A stretch of 64,000 nucleotides of DNA from an uncultured Alphaproteobacteria bacterium (GCA_963727165.1 CAVSFJ010000022.1:53726-117725), one strand, 5' to 3'. Shown: positions 53,074 through 63,750, numbered from the stretch's first letter. Notes: generated by a model not told the origin, from the letters alone. Program-made: numbers and translations.

Positions 53074-55164
53074 CTAGTGGCCTTCGCGGAACCAGGTGGC
53101 GGCCAGAAGGCCGAGCAGGAGGGCGAGGGCGAGGAAGCCGCTGAACAGCGGGAACAGCCGCACGCCCTTCACGTGATAGGCCTCGCGCTTATGAAGCCCG
53201 AGCCAGTCGCTGCCATGCATTACATGGCCGCTCCGGATCATCGCGATGCGCGGCAGGCTGGCAGCGTCGGCCTTGTTGCGGCCGAGCCAGAACGCGCCGC
53301 CGCCAGTCTCCTCGAGAATGGGCGCAAGCGGTTTGTCGGTCGCGGTCACGGCAGCGAGCTCGCGCGTGTTTGCCCTGCCTACCGTGACGATGCTGGCGAG
53401 GTTGTCCGAGGAGACGCGGTAGACGCCTTGCTCATCGACCTTCATGGCCTTGTGCCATTCTCCGTGCTCGCCCTTGTCGAGCTTGACGGTCTCCGTCTTC
53501 CCGGAGGGCGTCGTCACGGTGACCGGATCGACCTTGTCTTGGATCGAGCGGCGCTCGATGTTGAGCGTCTGTCCCCGGCTCGTGGCCTTTAGCGTCTCCT
53601 CTTCGAGCTCGGGCTCCTTCATCAGCCAGTGAGCGAGCCGGCGCAGGAGAGCGGAATAGGGGCCGCCGCCGTCATAACCGCGCGCCCAAAGCCATTCTTG
53701 GTCTGACAGAAGAAGTGCCACGCGCCCCTTGCCGCGCTCGCCGATGACGAGGAGCGGCTTGCCTTCCGCGCCCTTCATCAGCACTTCGCCGTCTTTGGGA
53801 GTGGCGTCGACCACGCGGAACCAACGGCCCCAGCTCGGCTCACCGTTTGGACCGTTGTGCGCGCCGGGCAAGTCGGCCGTGACGGGGTGCTTGTTGCCGA
53901 GCTTGGTGAGCTCCGGCTTGAACGGCTCCTCGGTCACCCTGCCCGACGGCACCGCTGGCAGGATATCGCCGAGCGGCGTGCGGTAGAGGCTAAGTGCGGA
54001 GGCGTAGTCGTCACCGGCGGAGACGAGCACGGCGCCGCCGCGCTCAACGTAGCGGGCGACGTTCTCCAGATAGAGCAAAGGCAGCACGCCGCGGCGCTGA
54101 TAACGGTCGAAGATGATCAGGTCGAACTGATCGAGCTTCTCCTGGAACAGCTCGCGGGTGGGGAAGGCGATCAGCGACAGCTGGTTGATGGGCGTGCCGT
54201 CCTGCTTCTCCGGCGGGCGCAGGATGGTGAAATGCACAAGGTCGACGGACGCGTCGGACTTCAGCATGTTCCGCCACGTGCGCTCGCCGGCATGAGGCTC
54301 GCCGGAGACCAGCAGCACGCGCAAGTTCTCGCGCACGCCTTCCACCGTGAGCACGGTGCGATTGTTGACCTTGGTGAGCTCGCCGGGCGCGGAGTTGACC
54401 GCGACGTCCACGATGTTGGGACCGGCGTGGGCGATCTCGACGGGAATGCTGATCTTCTCGCCGATGCGGACAGTCTTCTGGATCGGCGCTTGACCCTCAT
54501 GCTTGATGGTAAGCGTCGCGGTGCCCGTCTCGCTGGGCTTCGTCTCGGTGACCTTGACCTCGATGGGCTGGGTGCTGCCGACGATGCCGAAGCGGGGCGC
54601 GTTCAAGACCTCAAGCCTGCGGTCGAACTCGCCCGGCTTTCCCGTGAGCAGGGCGTGCACCGGCGCATCGAAGCCGAGCGCCTTGGCGGAGGCGGGCACG
54701 TCGTGGACCTCGCCGTCGGTGATCATGACGACGCCGGCGAGGCGGTCGGGCGGCACGTCAGCCAGCGCTTTGCCGAGATCGGTGAACAGCATGGTGCCGT
54801 CACGCTCGTCGTCGGCCGAGCTCGAGGTGGAGCGCACGAAGCGCACGTCGAGATTAGGGATCGATTTGAGGCGCTCTTCCAGACCTTTCCGCACCTCCTC
54901 GGTGCGCGCCGTGCGGCCGGCGATGGCTTGGCTTTGGCTGTCGTCGACCACGACGGTGACGATGTCGTTGAGCGGCTCACGGTCCTCCTGCTTCAAATGC
55001 GGGTTGGCCATGGCCAGCAGGAGCGTGGCGAAGGCGACCAGGCGCAACAGCGCGCCACGGCGGGCGCGCCAGAAGAGCAGCGCGAGCAACAGCGCGCCGA
55101 TACCGGCAATGATCCACAGGACCGGCCAGGGCACGAAGGGGAGGAACTCGATGGACCAGCTCAT
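53074..55164 (-). CDS. Membrane protein with vWA-like and glutamine-amidotransferase-like domains
   Basis: DDSQS, TDGEVHD, VSGEPHAGERTWR, DLVHFTILRPPEKQD; last gene of the MoxR operon. Confidence 0.85.
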   Translation of the reverse strand: MSWSIEFLPFVPWPVLWIIAGIGALLLALLFWRARRGALLRLVAFATLLLAMANPHLKQEDREPLNDIVTVVVDDSQSQAIAGRTARTEEVRKGLEERLKSIPNLDVRFVRSTSSSADDERDGTMLFTDLGKALADVPPDRLAGVVMITDGEVHDVPASAKALGFDAPVHALLTGKPGEFDRRLEVLNAPRFGIVGSTQPIEVKVTETKPSETGTATLTIKHEGQAPIQKTVRIGEKISIPVEIAHAGPNIVDVAVNSAPGELTKVNNRTVLTVEGVRENLRVLLVSGEPHAGERTWRNMLKSDASVDLVHFTILRPPEKQDGTPINQLSLIAFPTRELFQEKLDQFDLIIFDRYQRRGVLPLLYLENVARYVERGGAVLVSAGDDYASALSLYRTPLGDILPAVPSGRVTEEPFKPELTKLGNKHPVTADLPGAHNGPNGEPSWGRWFRVVDATPKDGEVLMKGAEGKPLLVIGERGKGRVALLLSDQEWLWARGYDGGGPYSALLRRLAHWLMKEPELEEETLKATSRGQTLNIERRSIQDKVDPVTVTTPSGKTETVKLDKGEHGEWHKAMKVDEQGVYRVSSDNLASIVTVGRANTRELAAVTATDKPLAPILEETGGGAFWLGRNKADAASLPRIAMIRSGHVMHGSDWLGLHKREAYHVKGVRLFPLFSGFLALALLLGLLAATWFREGH

Positions 55165-55167
55165 GGG

Positions 55168-58023
55168 CTACTGTCCCAGACGCTCGAGCAGGGCAGGGAC
55201 GTGCACCTGATCGGCCTTGTAGTTGCCGGTGAGCGCGTACATCACGAGGTTGACGCCGGCGCGGAACGCCATCTCCCGCTGCACCTCGCCGCCCGGCACG
55301 ACGGGAAAGAGCGGCCGGTTCGCGTCATCGAGGGCCCAGGCGGACGCCAGATCGTTCGAGGTGATGACGATCGAGCTCACGCCGTCGGTGCGGCGCGAGC
55401 GCGCGCTGCGCTCGGCCTCGTCCGTGGGCTCCGCCTCGACCCAGAGCGAGCCGCCGTCCCAACGGCCGGGGAAGGAATTCATCAGATAGAACGACTTGGT
55501 GAGCACGTGGTTCTGGGGCACCGGCTCGAGCGGCGGGATGTCGAGCTGGCCGATCAGGCGGTTCAGCGCCTGTCCTTGCGTGCCGCCATAGGCGACGCTC
55601 TCTTGATCGCGCGTATCGAAGATGATCATGCCGCCCTGCTTCATATAGGCGTCGATCTTGGCCAGCGTCTTGTCGGACAAGGGCTTCGCGTCCTCGAGCA
55701 CGGGCCAGTAAAGAACGGGGAAGAAGGAGAGGTCGTCCTTGTTGATATCGACGCCCATGGGTTTGGCGGGTTCGAGCGCGGTGCGGGCGCGCAAGACCTT
55801 GCTCAAGCCCGATAGGCCCTCCTCGCTGGTGCGGTCGACGTCCGCATCGCCGGTCTTCACATAGGCGAGCCGTGTCTTGAGCGAGGCCTTCAGCGCGAAG
55901 TCGTCGGCCGCGCTGTCGGTCGCGGGGGGCGCTTGCTCCGCTTCGGCGGCAAAGCTTGGCGTGGGGAGCGCCAGCGGGATCAGCGCAAGGCTGAGGATGA
56001 TGACGGCAGCGGTGGCGGCGCGGCGGCGGAAGCGCAAGCCGGTGCTCAGCGCCAGCACCGCGAGAATGTCGAGACCGAACAGCGCGAGCGCCGCGAGATA
56101 GAGCCAAGGCTCAAGCGCCATGGGCTTCTTCAGCGTGTAGCCGCTCACCGCAGTTGCATCCTCGACGGTGGCGAGCGGCCTGAGCACGGTCTTTTGGGTC
56201 ACGATGTTGAGCGCGCGCGCGCCGCCGGATGGGCCGTAATAGCCGGGCGGGTGCTCCGGTCCGGGCACGGTCTCGTCGAGCTTGTCAGGCGCGATGGGAG
56301 CGGCGCGGTAGGGCGGCGGAACGAGCTGGCCGAAGCCGTCCAGGGTCTGGATAGGCGCCAGGGCCGTCGTGGACGGGGATGTGTTCGCCGCCGCCTCGAC
56401 GGTTGCGCCCTCCTCCCCGGTATGCACGGCTATCTCGGCAGGCCCGAGGCTGATGACGCGGCGGAGCATCTCCACGAACAGTCCCGACAGGGGCAGGTTG
56501 GACCAATCCGAGTTGGCCGTGACGTGGAACAACACGATCCAGCCGTCGCCGTGCTTGGCGGCGGTGACGAGCGGCGTGCCGTCGGCAAGCGTCGCCCAGA
56601 CCTCGTTGTCCATGGCGACGGTGGGATCGGCGAGGACCTGGCGGTTGATGCGCACGTCGTCCGGCACTTTGAGCCCCTCGAACGGGCTCTTCTCTTCAAA
56701 CGGCGCCAGCGGTTGCGGCGTGCTCCAGGAGAGCGAGCCGCCGAGGCTGCGGCCGCCGCGGCGCAGCACCACGGGCAACAGCTCGTCGCCGCCTTGCTCG
56801 AGCCTGGGCCCGGCAAAACGGATCAACACGCCGCCTTTGTCGAGCCACTTGCCCAGTTCCTCCTGGGTACCCGGGACCAGCTTGCCGATATCGGCGAGCA
56901 CGATGGTCGAGACCTTCTGCTTGTCGATCAGATCGTGCACCGCCGTGGCGACGTTGCGCTCGTTCGGCTTGATGACGTCGGCGTAAGGCGACAGCGCGCG
57001 GTCCACATAATAGAGCGGCGACAGGAGCGGCTGCGCTTCCTCGCGGGATTCGCCGGAGACGACGCCGACCCGATGCCATTGCGAGCGGGCATCGAGCAGA
57101 TGAACGGCACCGGCGGAGCGCTCGCCTTTGACCTGGATGCGCGCCACCTGGTTGCGGATCTCAAGTGGCAGATCGAAGCTTGCGGTTGCTGCTCTTTCCC
57201 CCGGCTTGATGGTGAAATGCGCCTCGCCAAGCGGTTCGCCGCGGCCGGTCACCGCAGTCACCACGCCCGAGCGTGGGCCTCCGCTGCCGCTCAAGACGCG
57301 TGCGGCCAAGACACCGCCTTTGCCGGAGGTTTGGCCGAGGCCGAGCGCGGCTTCGCGGGGCTCGGGATTGAGAACGGTCAAGCTGCCGCCGTCACCCGCG
57401 AGCCGAGCAAGGCTCTTGGCAAAGTCTTGACCTTCGCCGTAGTCGAGTCCGTCGGACAGCCACACCACGCTATAGCCGCTCTTGCCTTTGAGCGTCTTGT
57501 CCAGCGCGGTCGCGAGGGCGGCGCGGTCCGGCGCGTAAGGCTCCGGGTTCATGCCGGCGATGCGCTCGCGGGCGTCGTCGGCGCTGAGCGGCTCGCTCAG
57601 GGGCTGCCCCGGCACGGTTGGCGCGAGCATGACGGTGCGGCCGTCGCGGCCGGCACGATCGATGGCGGCAGAGATGGCATCGCGGCGCACGCCCCAATGG
57701 GCGGCCGAGGCCCAGCCATCATCGACGACGAGGAGCAGGGGGCCTTTGCCGGCGAAGGTCTCGCGGTCGGGATTAAGCACGGGCCGCGCCAGCGCCAGGA
57801 TCAGCAAAGACGCCAGCAACATACGAAGAAGCGTGAGCCACCACGGGCTTCGTGCCGGCGTCTCCTCTGTAGGCTTCAGGTCCTTAAGCAGCCGCGTCGG
57901 CGGGAACACCACGACCTGCGGGCTCGGTGGCGTGAAGCGCAACAGCCACCAGATGGCGGGCAGTGCCGCGAGCGCCACCAGGATCCAGGGCTGCAAAAAG
58001 CCTATGGGGCCGATCGTCATCAT
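55168..58023 (-). CDS. BatA N-terminal + DUF4159 domain protein
   Basis: PW.L..L..LP.IWWLL, FPPT, PWWL..LR; C-terminal YALTGNYKADQVH. Confidence 0.88.
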   Translation of the reverse strand: MMTIGPIGFLQPWILVALAALPAIWWLLRFTPPSPQVVVFPPTRLLKDLKPTEETPARSPWWLTLLRMLLASLLILALARPVLNPDRETFAGKGPLLLVVDDGWASAAHWGVRRDAISAAIDRAGRDGRTVMLAPTVPGQPLSEPLSADDARERIAGMNPEPYAPDRAALATALDKTLKGKSGYSVVWLSDGLDYGEGQDFAKSLARLAGDGGSLTVLNPEPREAALGLGQTSGKGGVLAARVLSGSGGPRSGVVTAVTGRGEPLGEAHFTIKPGERAATASFDLPLEIRNQVARIQVKGERSAGAVHLLDARSQWHRVGVVSGESREEAQPLLSPLYYVDRALSPYADVIKPNERNVATAVHDLIDKQKVSTIVLADIGKLVPGTQEELGKWLDKGGVLIRFAGPRLEQGGDELLPVVLRRGGRSLGGSLSWSTPQPLAPFEEKSPFEGLKVPDDVRINRQVLADPTVAMDNEVWATLADGTPLVTAAKHGDGWIVLFHVTANSDWSNLPLSGLFVEMLRRVISLGPAEIAVHTGEEGATVEAAANTSPSTTALAPIQTLDGFGQLVPPPYRAAPIAPDKLDETVPGPEHPPGYYGPSGGARALNIVTQKTVLRPLATVEDATAVSGYTLKKPMALEPWLYLAALALFGLDILAVLALSTGLRFRRRAATAAVIILSLALIPLALPTPSFAAEAEQAPPATDSAADDFALKASLKTRLAYVKTGDADVDRTSEEGLSGLSKVLRARTALEPAKPMGVDINKDDLSFFPVLYWPVLEDAKPLSDKTLAKIDAYMKQGGMIIFDTRDQESVAYGGTQGQALNRLIGQLDIPPLEPVPQNHVLTKSFYLMNSFPGRWDGGSLWVEAEPTDEAERSARSRRTDGVSSIVITSNDLASAWALDDANRPLFPVVPGGEVQREMAFRAGVNLVMYALTGNYKADQVHVPALLERLGQ

Positions 58024-58973
58024 GGCTGTTCTGCCGTTGGGCCAGAGGGCGCGGCGGCCGGGCGCGGGGCGCGGTAGCGATAGTCGCGGTCGAGGCCGGC
58101 GAGGTGGCTATGAATGGCGAGCACCACTTCCTCGGCCGGCCGGTCGGTATGGTGCACGACGAACGACCAGCCGAGACGCCGTGCCGCCTCCTGGAGGTCG
58201 ATGCGGTGGCGCTCCATGCGCTCCTGGTAGCTCTCGCGCAGGCTTTCGGCGCGGCCGGCGATCATCCGGTCGCCGCCTTCGCTGGCCGCGAACTCGGTGC
58301 GGCCGACGTAAGGCAGGGTCTCCTCGGCGGGGTCGAGAATCTGGACGAGATGGCCGCGCACGCCTTGGCTGGCGATGCTTTGGAAGCGCGCCACGGTCTC
58401 GTCTACCGGCTCGAGGAAGTCCGAGAACAGAAGGCACTCGGAGAAGCGGCTAAGCCGCGCGGGCGGCGGCAGGCTTGTCTCCGCCGTCTCGTTCAACAGG
58501 ACCTCGGCGACTTTCCGTCCGGCGTTGCGGCCGGTGAAAGGCCTGCTGCCAAGCAGGCCGACGCGCTCGCCGGCACGGGAGAGGAGCTCGGTGAGCGCTA
58601 GCGCCAGCACGACGGCGCGGCTCTCCTTGGTGACCTTCGACAGCGATGAGCGGAAGCGCATGGACGGCGACAGGTCGGCCCAGAGCCAAACCGTGTGGGC
58701 CGCCTCCCATTCCCGCTCGCGCACGAACAGGTTGTCGGAGCTCGCCGACCGGCGCCAGTCGATGCCGGACAGCGAGTCGTTCACGTCGAAATGGCGGAAC
58801 TGCCAAAACGTCTCGCCGGGGCCGGGCCGGCGGCGGCCATGGGTGCCATGCGTCACGGTATGAGCGACGCGCTGCGACTCGATGAGAAGCGCAGGCATGC
58901 GCGCCGCAAGCCCATGGGCTTCGGCTTCCTCGGCCAAAAACGGCTGAAGTGTTTTCGCCTGCGCGTTCGCCAA
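58020..58973 (-). CDS. DUF58 domain protein
   Basis: HGRRRPGPGETFWQFR, IDWRRSA, DLSPSM, SDFL, DPAE. Confidence 0.88.
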   Translation of the reverse strand: MANAQAKTLQPFLAEEAEAHGLAARMPALLIESQRVAHTVTHGTHGRRRPGPGETFWQFRHFDVNDSLSGIDWRRSASSDNLFVREREWEAAHTVWLWADLSPSMRFRSSLSKVTKESRAVVLALALTELLSRAGERVGLLGSRPFTGRNAGRKVAEVLLNETAETSLPPPARLSRFSECLLFSDFLEPVDETVARFQSIASQGVRGHLVQILDPAEETLPYVGRTEFAASEGGDRMIAGRAESLRESYQERMERHRIDLQEAARRLGWSFVVHHTDRPAEEVVLAIHSHLAGLDRDYRYRAPRPAAAPSGPTAEQP

Positions 58974-58980
58974 GCGTAGC

Positions 58981-59979
58981 CTACCTCAGAGGCTCGATAA
59001 GCCTTGCCATCATGTCGCTCATCTCAATCCCTTCCGCGCGGGCGGCAAAGGTGAGCGCCATGCGGTGCTTGAGCACAGGCTCGGCAAGGTCGACGACGTC
59101 ATCCACGGAAGGCGCGAGGCGCCCTTCCATCATTGCCTTGGCGCGGACCGCGAGCATCAGCGCTTGGCTGGCGCGGGGGCCCGGGCCCCAAGCGATCATG
59201 TCGTCCAGCTCCTGATCGATGCCGGTGCCGGGCCGCGCGGAGCGGACGAGCTGCAGAATCGCGTCGACCACCTGATCGCCGACCGGCAGCTGACGCACCA
59301 GGCGCTGCGCCATCATCAGCTCCTCGGCGGAGAGAATGGTCTTGAGATTGCGATCCTCGACGCCAGTGGTCGCGTACAGCATGCGCCGCTCGGCGTCGGC
59401 GTCGGGATAAGAGACGTCGATCTGCAGGAGGAAGCGGTCGAGTTGCGCTTCGGGCAAGGGATAGGTGCCTTCCTGCTCGAGCGGGTTCTGGGTCGCGAGC
59501 ACGTGGAAGGGGCGCGGCACGTCGTGGCGGACGCCGGCCACGGTGACATGGTTCTCCTGCATGGCTTGCAGCAGCGCCGACTGGGTCTTGGGGCTCGCGC
59601 GGTTGATCTCGTCCGCCATGAGGAGCTGGGTGAAGATCGGGCCTTTGACGAAGCGGAAGCTGCGGCGGCCGCCGGTCTCCTCCTCCAACACCTCGGAGCC
59701 CACGATGTCGGAGGGCATCAGATCTGGCGTGAACTGAATGCGCTTGTTCTCGAGCCCCAGCACGGCACCGAGCGTCTCGACGAGGCTCGTCTTGGCGAGG
59801 CCGGGCACGCCGATGAGGAGTGCATGGCCGCCGGACAGAAGCGTAATCAGCGCAAGGTCGATGACGCGGTCCTGCCCGAAGATGACGGTGGCGGTCGTGT
59901 CCCGCACGTCCTGGATCTTGGCGCCGATCTCGTCCAGGCGATCCACGAGTTGGGTCTCGGATGGGGCAACAGTGGTCAT
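58981..59979 (-). CDS. MoxR-family AAA+ ATPase
   Basis: GVPGLAKT, IQFTPDLMPSD, ADEINRA, ATQNPLEQEGTYPLPEAQLDRF. Confidence 0.94.
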   Translation of the reverse strand: MTTVAPSETQLVDRLDEIGAKIQDVRDTTATVIFGQDRVIDLALITLLSGGHALLIGVPGLAKTSLVETLGAVLGLENKRIQFTPDLMPSDIVGSEVLEEETGGRRSFRFVKGPIFTQLLMADEINRASPKTQSALLQAMQENHVTVAGVRHDVPRPFHVLATQNPLEQEGTYPLPEAQLDRFLLQIDVSYPDADAERRMLYATTGVEDRNLKTILSAEELMMAQRLVRQLPVGDQVVDAILQLVRSARPGTGIDQELDDMIAWGPGPRASQALMLAVRAKAMMEGRLAPSVDDVVDLAEPVLKHRMALTFAARAEGIEMSDMMARLIEPLR

Positions 59980-60141
59980 GGCTTCAGCTTCGCTCGATCT
60001 TGATGATGGGGAAATATAGGGCCAAAGGCCGGGGAAAGCGGAACACTTTGAACGGTAATTGGGTCACAATAGCGTTGGCACCGTCCCTTGTGCCGCGCTC
60101 CTTCAAAGTGGAGCAGAAAACGAAGTCAGACGCGGCTTAAT

Positions 60142-60696
60142 ATGGTGATGCGCGACCAAGACAAAAGAGAGCGACTCGTAGCATCTGACAAGGTCGGCGG
60201 CAAACCGGCTAAGCCATTATTGCCAAACCTTAATGTTTGCGGGGATATCGGCTTGAGGATCGCCCGCGACGGCACTTGGTTTTACCAAGGCGGCCCGATC
60301 AACCGGAAGCCGCTCGTCAAGCTGTTTGCTTCCGTGTTGCGGCGCGAAGAGGACGGCTTCTACCTGGTGACGCCGGTGGAGAAGGTGCCCATCGCCGTCG
60401 AAGGCGAGCCGTTCATCGCCGTGGCGATGACGCGCGAAGGGGACGGCCGCGACCAGCGCCTTACCTTCCATACCAATGTGGACGATGTGGTCACCGCAGG
60501 TGCCGAGCATCCGATCGGCTTTCGCGCCGCGCCGGGTGGCGGGCACACGCCCTTTGTCGTGGTACGCGATCGCCTGACGGCGCAACTCGCGCGGCCGGTC
60601 TATTACGAGCTCACGGAGCTTGCGGTCGAAACCGGCGAGGGGACCGGCGTGTGGAGCGGCGGGACTTTCTTTCCCTTCCCCATGGGAGAGGATTGA
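60142..60696 (+). CDS. DUF1285 domain protein
   Basis: CGDI..RIARDGTWFY, LVKLFASVLRRE, LVTPVEK, TNVDD. Confidence 0.88.
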   Translation: MVMRDQDKRERLVASDKVGGKPAKPLLPNLNVCGDIGLRIARDGTWFYQGGPINRKPLVKLFASVLRREEDGFYLVTPVEKVPIAVEGEPFIAVAMTREGDGRDQRLTFHTNVDDVVTAGAEHPIGFRAAPGGGHTPFVVVRDRLTAQLARPVYYELTELAVETGEGTGVWSGGTFFPFPMGED

Positions 60697-60768
60697 AGCA
60701 GCCTCGCTTTGTCGGGCGCGCGCCGCTAAGGTTCCCCAAAATGTTCCCAGGGGAGGACGCCTAAGCCG

Positions 60769-61029
60769 ATGTTGCGCATCGCCCTCATCGACATCCTGCT
60801 GTTCGCGCTGCCGTTCCTGATCTACGCGGCCTACATGGTCGCGGTGAAAGGCACGGCGCCGGAAAGCGTTTGGCAGGCGGCGCCGATCTTCTGGCTGCTC
60901 GCCGCGGGCTTCGGCCTTCTGTTTGTCACCATGGCGACGCTGGTGCAGTTCTCCGGCGGCGAGCGCAGCGGGACCTATCATCCGTCGGTGATCGAGAACG
61001 GCAAGATCAAGCCTGGCGGTATCGACTGA
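60769..61029 (+). CDS. DUF6111-like small membrane protein
   Basis: LF.LPF..Y, second TM, GTYHP...NGKIKPG; sits immediately before cca. Confidence 0.75.
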   Translation: MLRIALIDILLFALPFLIYAAYMVAVKGTAPESVWQAAPIFWLLAAGFGLLFVTMATLVQFSGGERSGTYHPSVIENGKIKPGGID

Positions 61030-61039
61030 CGGCGGCGGC

Positions 61040-62314
61040 ATGGCCGAGAACGACTCTTCACGCGCTGAGGCGCCCCCTTCGCTTAAAGACGCCGCATGGC
61101 TCAAGCGGCCAGAGACGGCACGCGTATTCGCAGCCTTGTCCGGGGACGGTATCGAGACGCGGGCGGTCGGCGGGGCGGTGCGCAACACGCTACTCGGGCG
61201 TCCTGTGACCGAGGTCGATCTCGCGACAACGGCTGTGCCGGACACGGTCATGGCGCGTGCGCGCAAGGCGGGCCTGAAGGCGATCCCCACGGGGATTGCG
61301 CACGGCACGGTGACGGTCGTTGCCGACGGCACGCCATTCGAGGTGACGACGTTGCGCCGCGACGTGGAGACCTATGGCCGCCACGCCAAGGTCGCCTTCA
61401 CCGAGGATTGGGAAGAGGATGCCCGGCGGCGCGACTTCACCCTGAATGCGCTCTACGCGGACGCGGACGGTGCGCTCTACGACCCGCTCGGCGGCTATGC
61501 CGACCTCGTGGCCGGGCGCGTACGATTCATCGGCGATGCGACGGCGCGCATCACGGAAGACTATTTGCGCATCCTCCGTTTCTTCCGCTTCAACGCCTAC
61601 TACGGCAAAGGCCCGCTTGACGCTCTCGGACTCTCCGCGTGTGTGAAGCAGCGGGGCGGCCTGGCCCAGCTCTCAGCCGAGCGGGTTGCCGCGGAGCTGA
61701 AACGCATCCTGATCGCACCGCAGGCCTTTGCCGCGGTCGAGGCGCTGTTCGATTACGGACTTCTCACCGACATTCTCGGCAGTGCGCCGCGGCTTGGCCG
61801 CTTTGCGCATCTGATTGCCATCGAGACGGCGCTGTCGCGCGCGCCGAACGCCGTGCTCAGACTTGCTGCGCTTGCTGTGTTCGTGGCGGAGGACGCACCG
61901 CGGCTTGCGGCGCGGTTCAAGCTGTCCAATGCCGAGCAGGCCGTGCTGGCGCTCGGCGCTGACGAGGCGCTCGACACGGCATTGCCGGAGGAGGGCTCTG
62001 CCAAGCGGTTGCTCTACCGGCTGGGCGCGGACAAGTTTCCGTGGCAAGTGCTGCTGACATGGGCGGCGCGCGGCGCGGCCGCCGACGATCCCGACTGGCA
62101 GCGTGCGCTCACCCTGCCGGAGCGCTGGCAGGCGCCATCCTTCCCGCTACGCGGGCCGGATCTCGCGCCCTTCGATCTCGAAGGCCCTGCACTTGGCGAG
62201 AGGCTGCGCGCGCTGGAGCAGCAGTGGATCGAGAGCGGCTTCGCGCTGTCGCGTGAAGAGCTGCTCGCGCGCGCAGCTGCGCCTAGCCAAAAATCACCCA
62301 AGCCAGACCGATAA
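61040..62314 (+). CDS. cca: CCA tRNA nucleotidyltransferase
   Basis: VGGAVRN, EVDLAT, EVTTLRRD, DARRRDFTLNAL, EDYLRILRFFRF. Confidence 0.9.
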   Translation: MAENDSSRAEAPPSLKDAAWLKRPETARVFAALSGDGIETRAVGGAVRNTLLGRPVTEVDLATTAVPDTVMARARKAGLKAIPTGIAHGTVTVVADGTPFEVTTLRRDVETYGRHAKVAFTEDWEEDARRRDFTLNALYADADGALYDPLGGYADLVAGRVRFIGDATARITEDYLRILRFFRFNAYYGKGPLDALGLSACVKQRGGLAQLSAERVAAELKRILIAPQAFAAVEALFDYGLLTDILGSAPRLGRFAHLIAIETALSRAPNAVLRLAALAVFVAEDAPRLAARFKLSNAEQAVLALGADEALDTALPEEGSAKRLLYRLGADKFPWQVLLTWAARGAAADDPDWQRALTLPERWQAPSFPLRGPDLAPFDLEGPALGERLRALEQQWIESGFALSREELLARAAAPSQKSPKPDR

Positions 62315-62714
62315 GCGTCGCCGCGAAGGCGAGCGCCACCGGAATCAGGATCACCTCGACCAGCACGTCGCGGCCCTGCATCTTGCCCCTGTCGATGGCG
62401 ATGTTGTCGTCATGCAGGAAGGCGGCGAAGCTCTCCTGGCGAAGCGCCCAGCGCTTGTCTTTGACGGCGTGGGACGCGGTCGTCAGGAACAGGGTGAAGA
62501 ACATCACGAAGAACAAGCTTGCCACGGCGAGCGCGGCATCGACATGCCGTCCCCAGGCGAAACTGAGCCAGGCCATGGCCAGGAACCAGAGCGTGGCGGC
62601 GAGGCCGATCTCGATCGCCACCGGGTGAACACTGGCCGGCTTACGCGCGGCGACGGACTCCCGCCCGGCCTCGGGCGGTACAGAAACTTCGTTTGGGTGT
62701 GTTGCGTGAGCCAT
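62283..62714 (-). CDS. Hypothetical three-TM membrane protein
   Basis: SD GGAGG; three hydrophobic segments. Confidence 0.7.
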   Translation of the reverse strand: MAHATHPNEVSVPPEAGRESVAARKPASVHPVAIEIGLAATLWFLAMAWLSFAWGRHVDAALAVASLFFVMFFTLFLTTASHAVKDKRWALRQESFAAFLHDDNIAIDRGKMQGRDVLVEVILIPVALAFAATLIGLAWVIFG

Positions 62715-62803
62715 CACGCACCTCCGGTTTGGACCCCGTGCCCCCTCCGGAACTCTGTGAGGCTAATGCGCAACAACGGCGAAAGTTTCGTCGCCGCCTT
62801 GAG

Positions 62804-63637
62804 TCACTTCGCCGCACCGTCCAGGCGTTCGATGAATGCCATGGCGGCGGCGGGCGCCCGCAGCTTCCCTTCGTGAATAAAGTAAACGAACACATCGCGC
62901 GGCTTCGCCTCCGCTGTGTGCGCAGGGTCGATGACCGGGAGGTCGTCCGGCACGCCGCCCGCCGCCCAGACCTTGGCGCGCGCGGCCCATTGGTCCAGGG
63001 CTTCTGGGGCATAGCCGGTCTCGATCGAGTCGGCGCCGCGCTGGAGGCGGGCATAGACGACGTCGCCGGTGAGATCGGGAATCGCCGGGTAATCCACGCT
63101 GTCGACAAGGACGGGTGCCACGCCGTGATCCCGAAGCAAGCGGATGAAGGCGGGGTCTTGGAAGCTCTCGTGGCGCACCTCGACCACGTGGTTCAGCTTC
63201 CGCCCGTCCAGGCTTTCCGGCAAATGTTCCAAGAACTTGGCGAAGTCCGCCTGATCGAATTGCTTGAATGGCGGGAACTGCCACAGCACCGGCCCGAGCT
63301 TGTCGCCCAGCTCCGCCAGCCCTGAATCAAAGAAGCGTTTGATGAACCCGCCGGTCTCCGCCAGCGCCTTCTGCTGGGTGACGAGGCGCGGGCCTTTGAC
63401 CGAGAACACGAAGCCGTCCGGCGCGGTGTCGGCCCACTTGTTGAAGCTCTTGGGGCTTTGCAGCCGGTAGTGGGTGGCGTTGATCTCGATCGAGGTGAGA
63501 TGGCTCGCGGCATAAGCGAGCTCGTCGGCTTGGCGCAGACCCTTCGGGTAGAACACGCCGCGCCAGGGCGCGTAGATCCAGCCGCCGATGCCGGCGCGGA
63601 TGCGGCCATGTTCTTTGGCTGTTGGCATGGACGGCAT
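62804..63637 (-). CDS. DUF72 domain protein
   Basis: GIGGW..WRGVFYP, EINAT, FSVKG, LGPVLWQF, EVRH, YARL. Confidence 0.9.
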   Translation of the reverse strand: MPSMPTAKEHGRIRAGIGGWIYAPWRGVFYPKGLRQADELAYAASHLTSIEINATHYRLQSPKSFNKWADTAPDGFVFSVKGPRLVTQQKALAETGGFIKRFFDSGLAELGDKLGPVLWQFPPFKQFDQADFAKFLEHLPESLDGRKLNHVVEVRHESFQDPAFIRLLRDHGVAPVLVDSVDYPAIPDLTGDVVYARLQRGADSIETGYAPEALDQWAARAKVWAAGGVPDDLPVIDPAHTAEAKPRDVFVYFIHEGKLRAPAAAMAFIERLDGAAK

Positions 63638-63675
63638 GGCCTATGCCTACCGCAAGTCCAGAGGCCGCACATACG

Positions 63676-63703
63676 AAAAGAGCCGCGCCCGAAGGCGCGG
63701 CTC
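63676..63703 (-). terminator. Rho-independent terminator after groEL
   Basis: GAGCCGCGCC-loop-GGCGCGGCTC stem followed by TTTT on the minus strand. Confidence 0.8.
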
Positions 63704-63750
63704 GATTTTGAGATTCGTTACAGACGCTTACGCAACTGAACGCTACGCGG

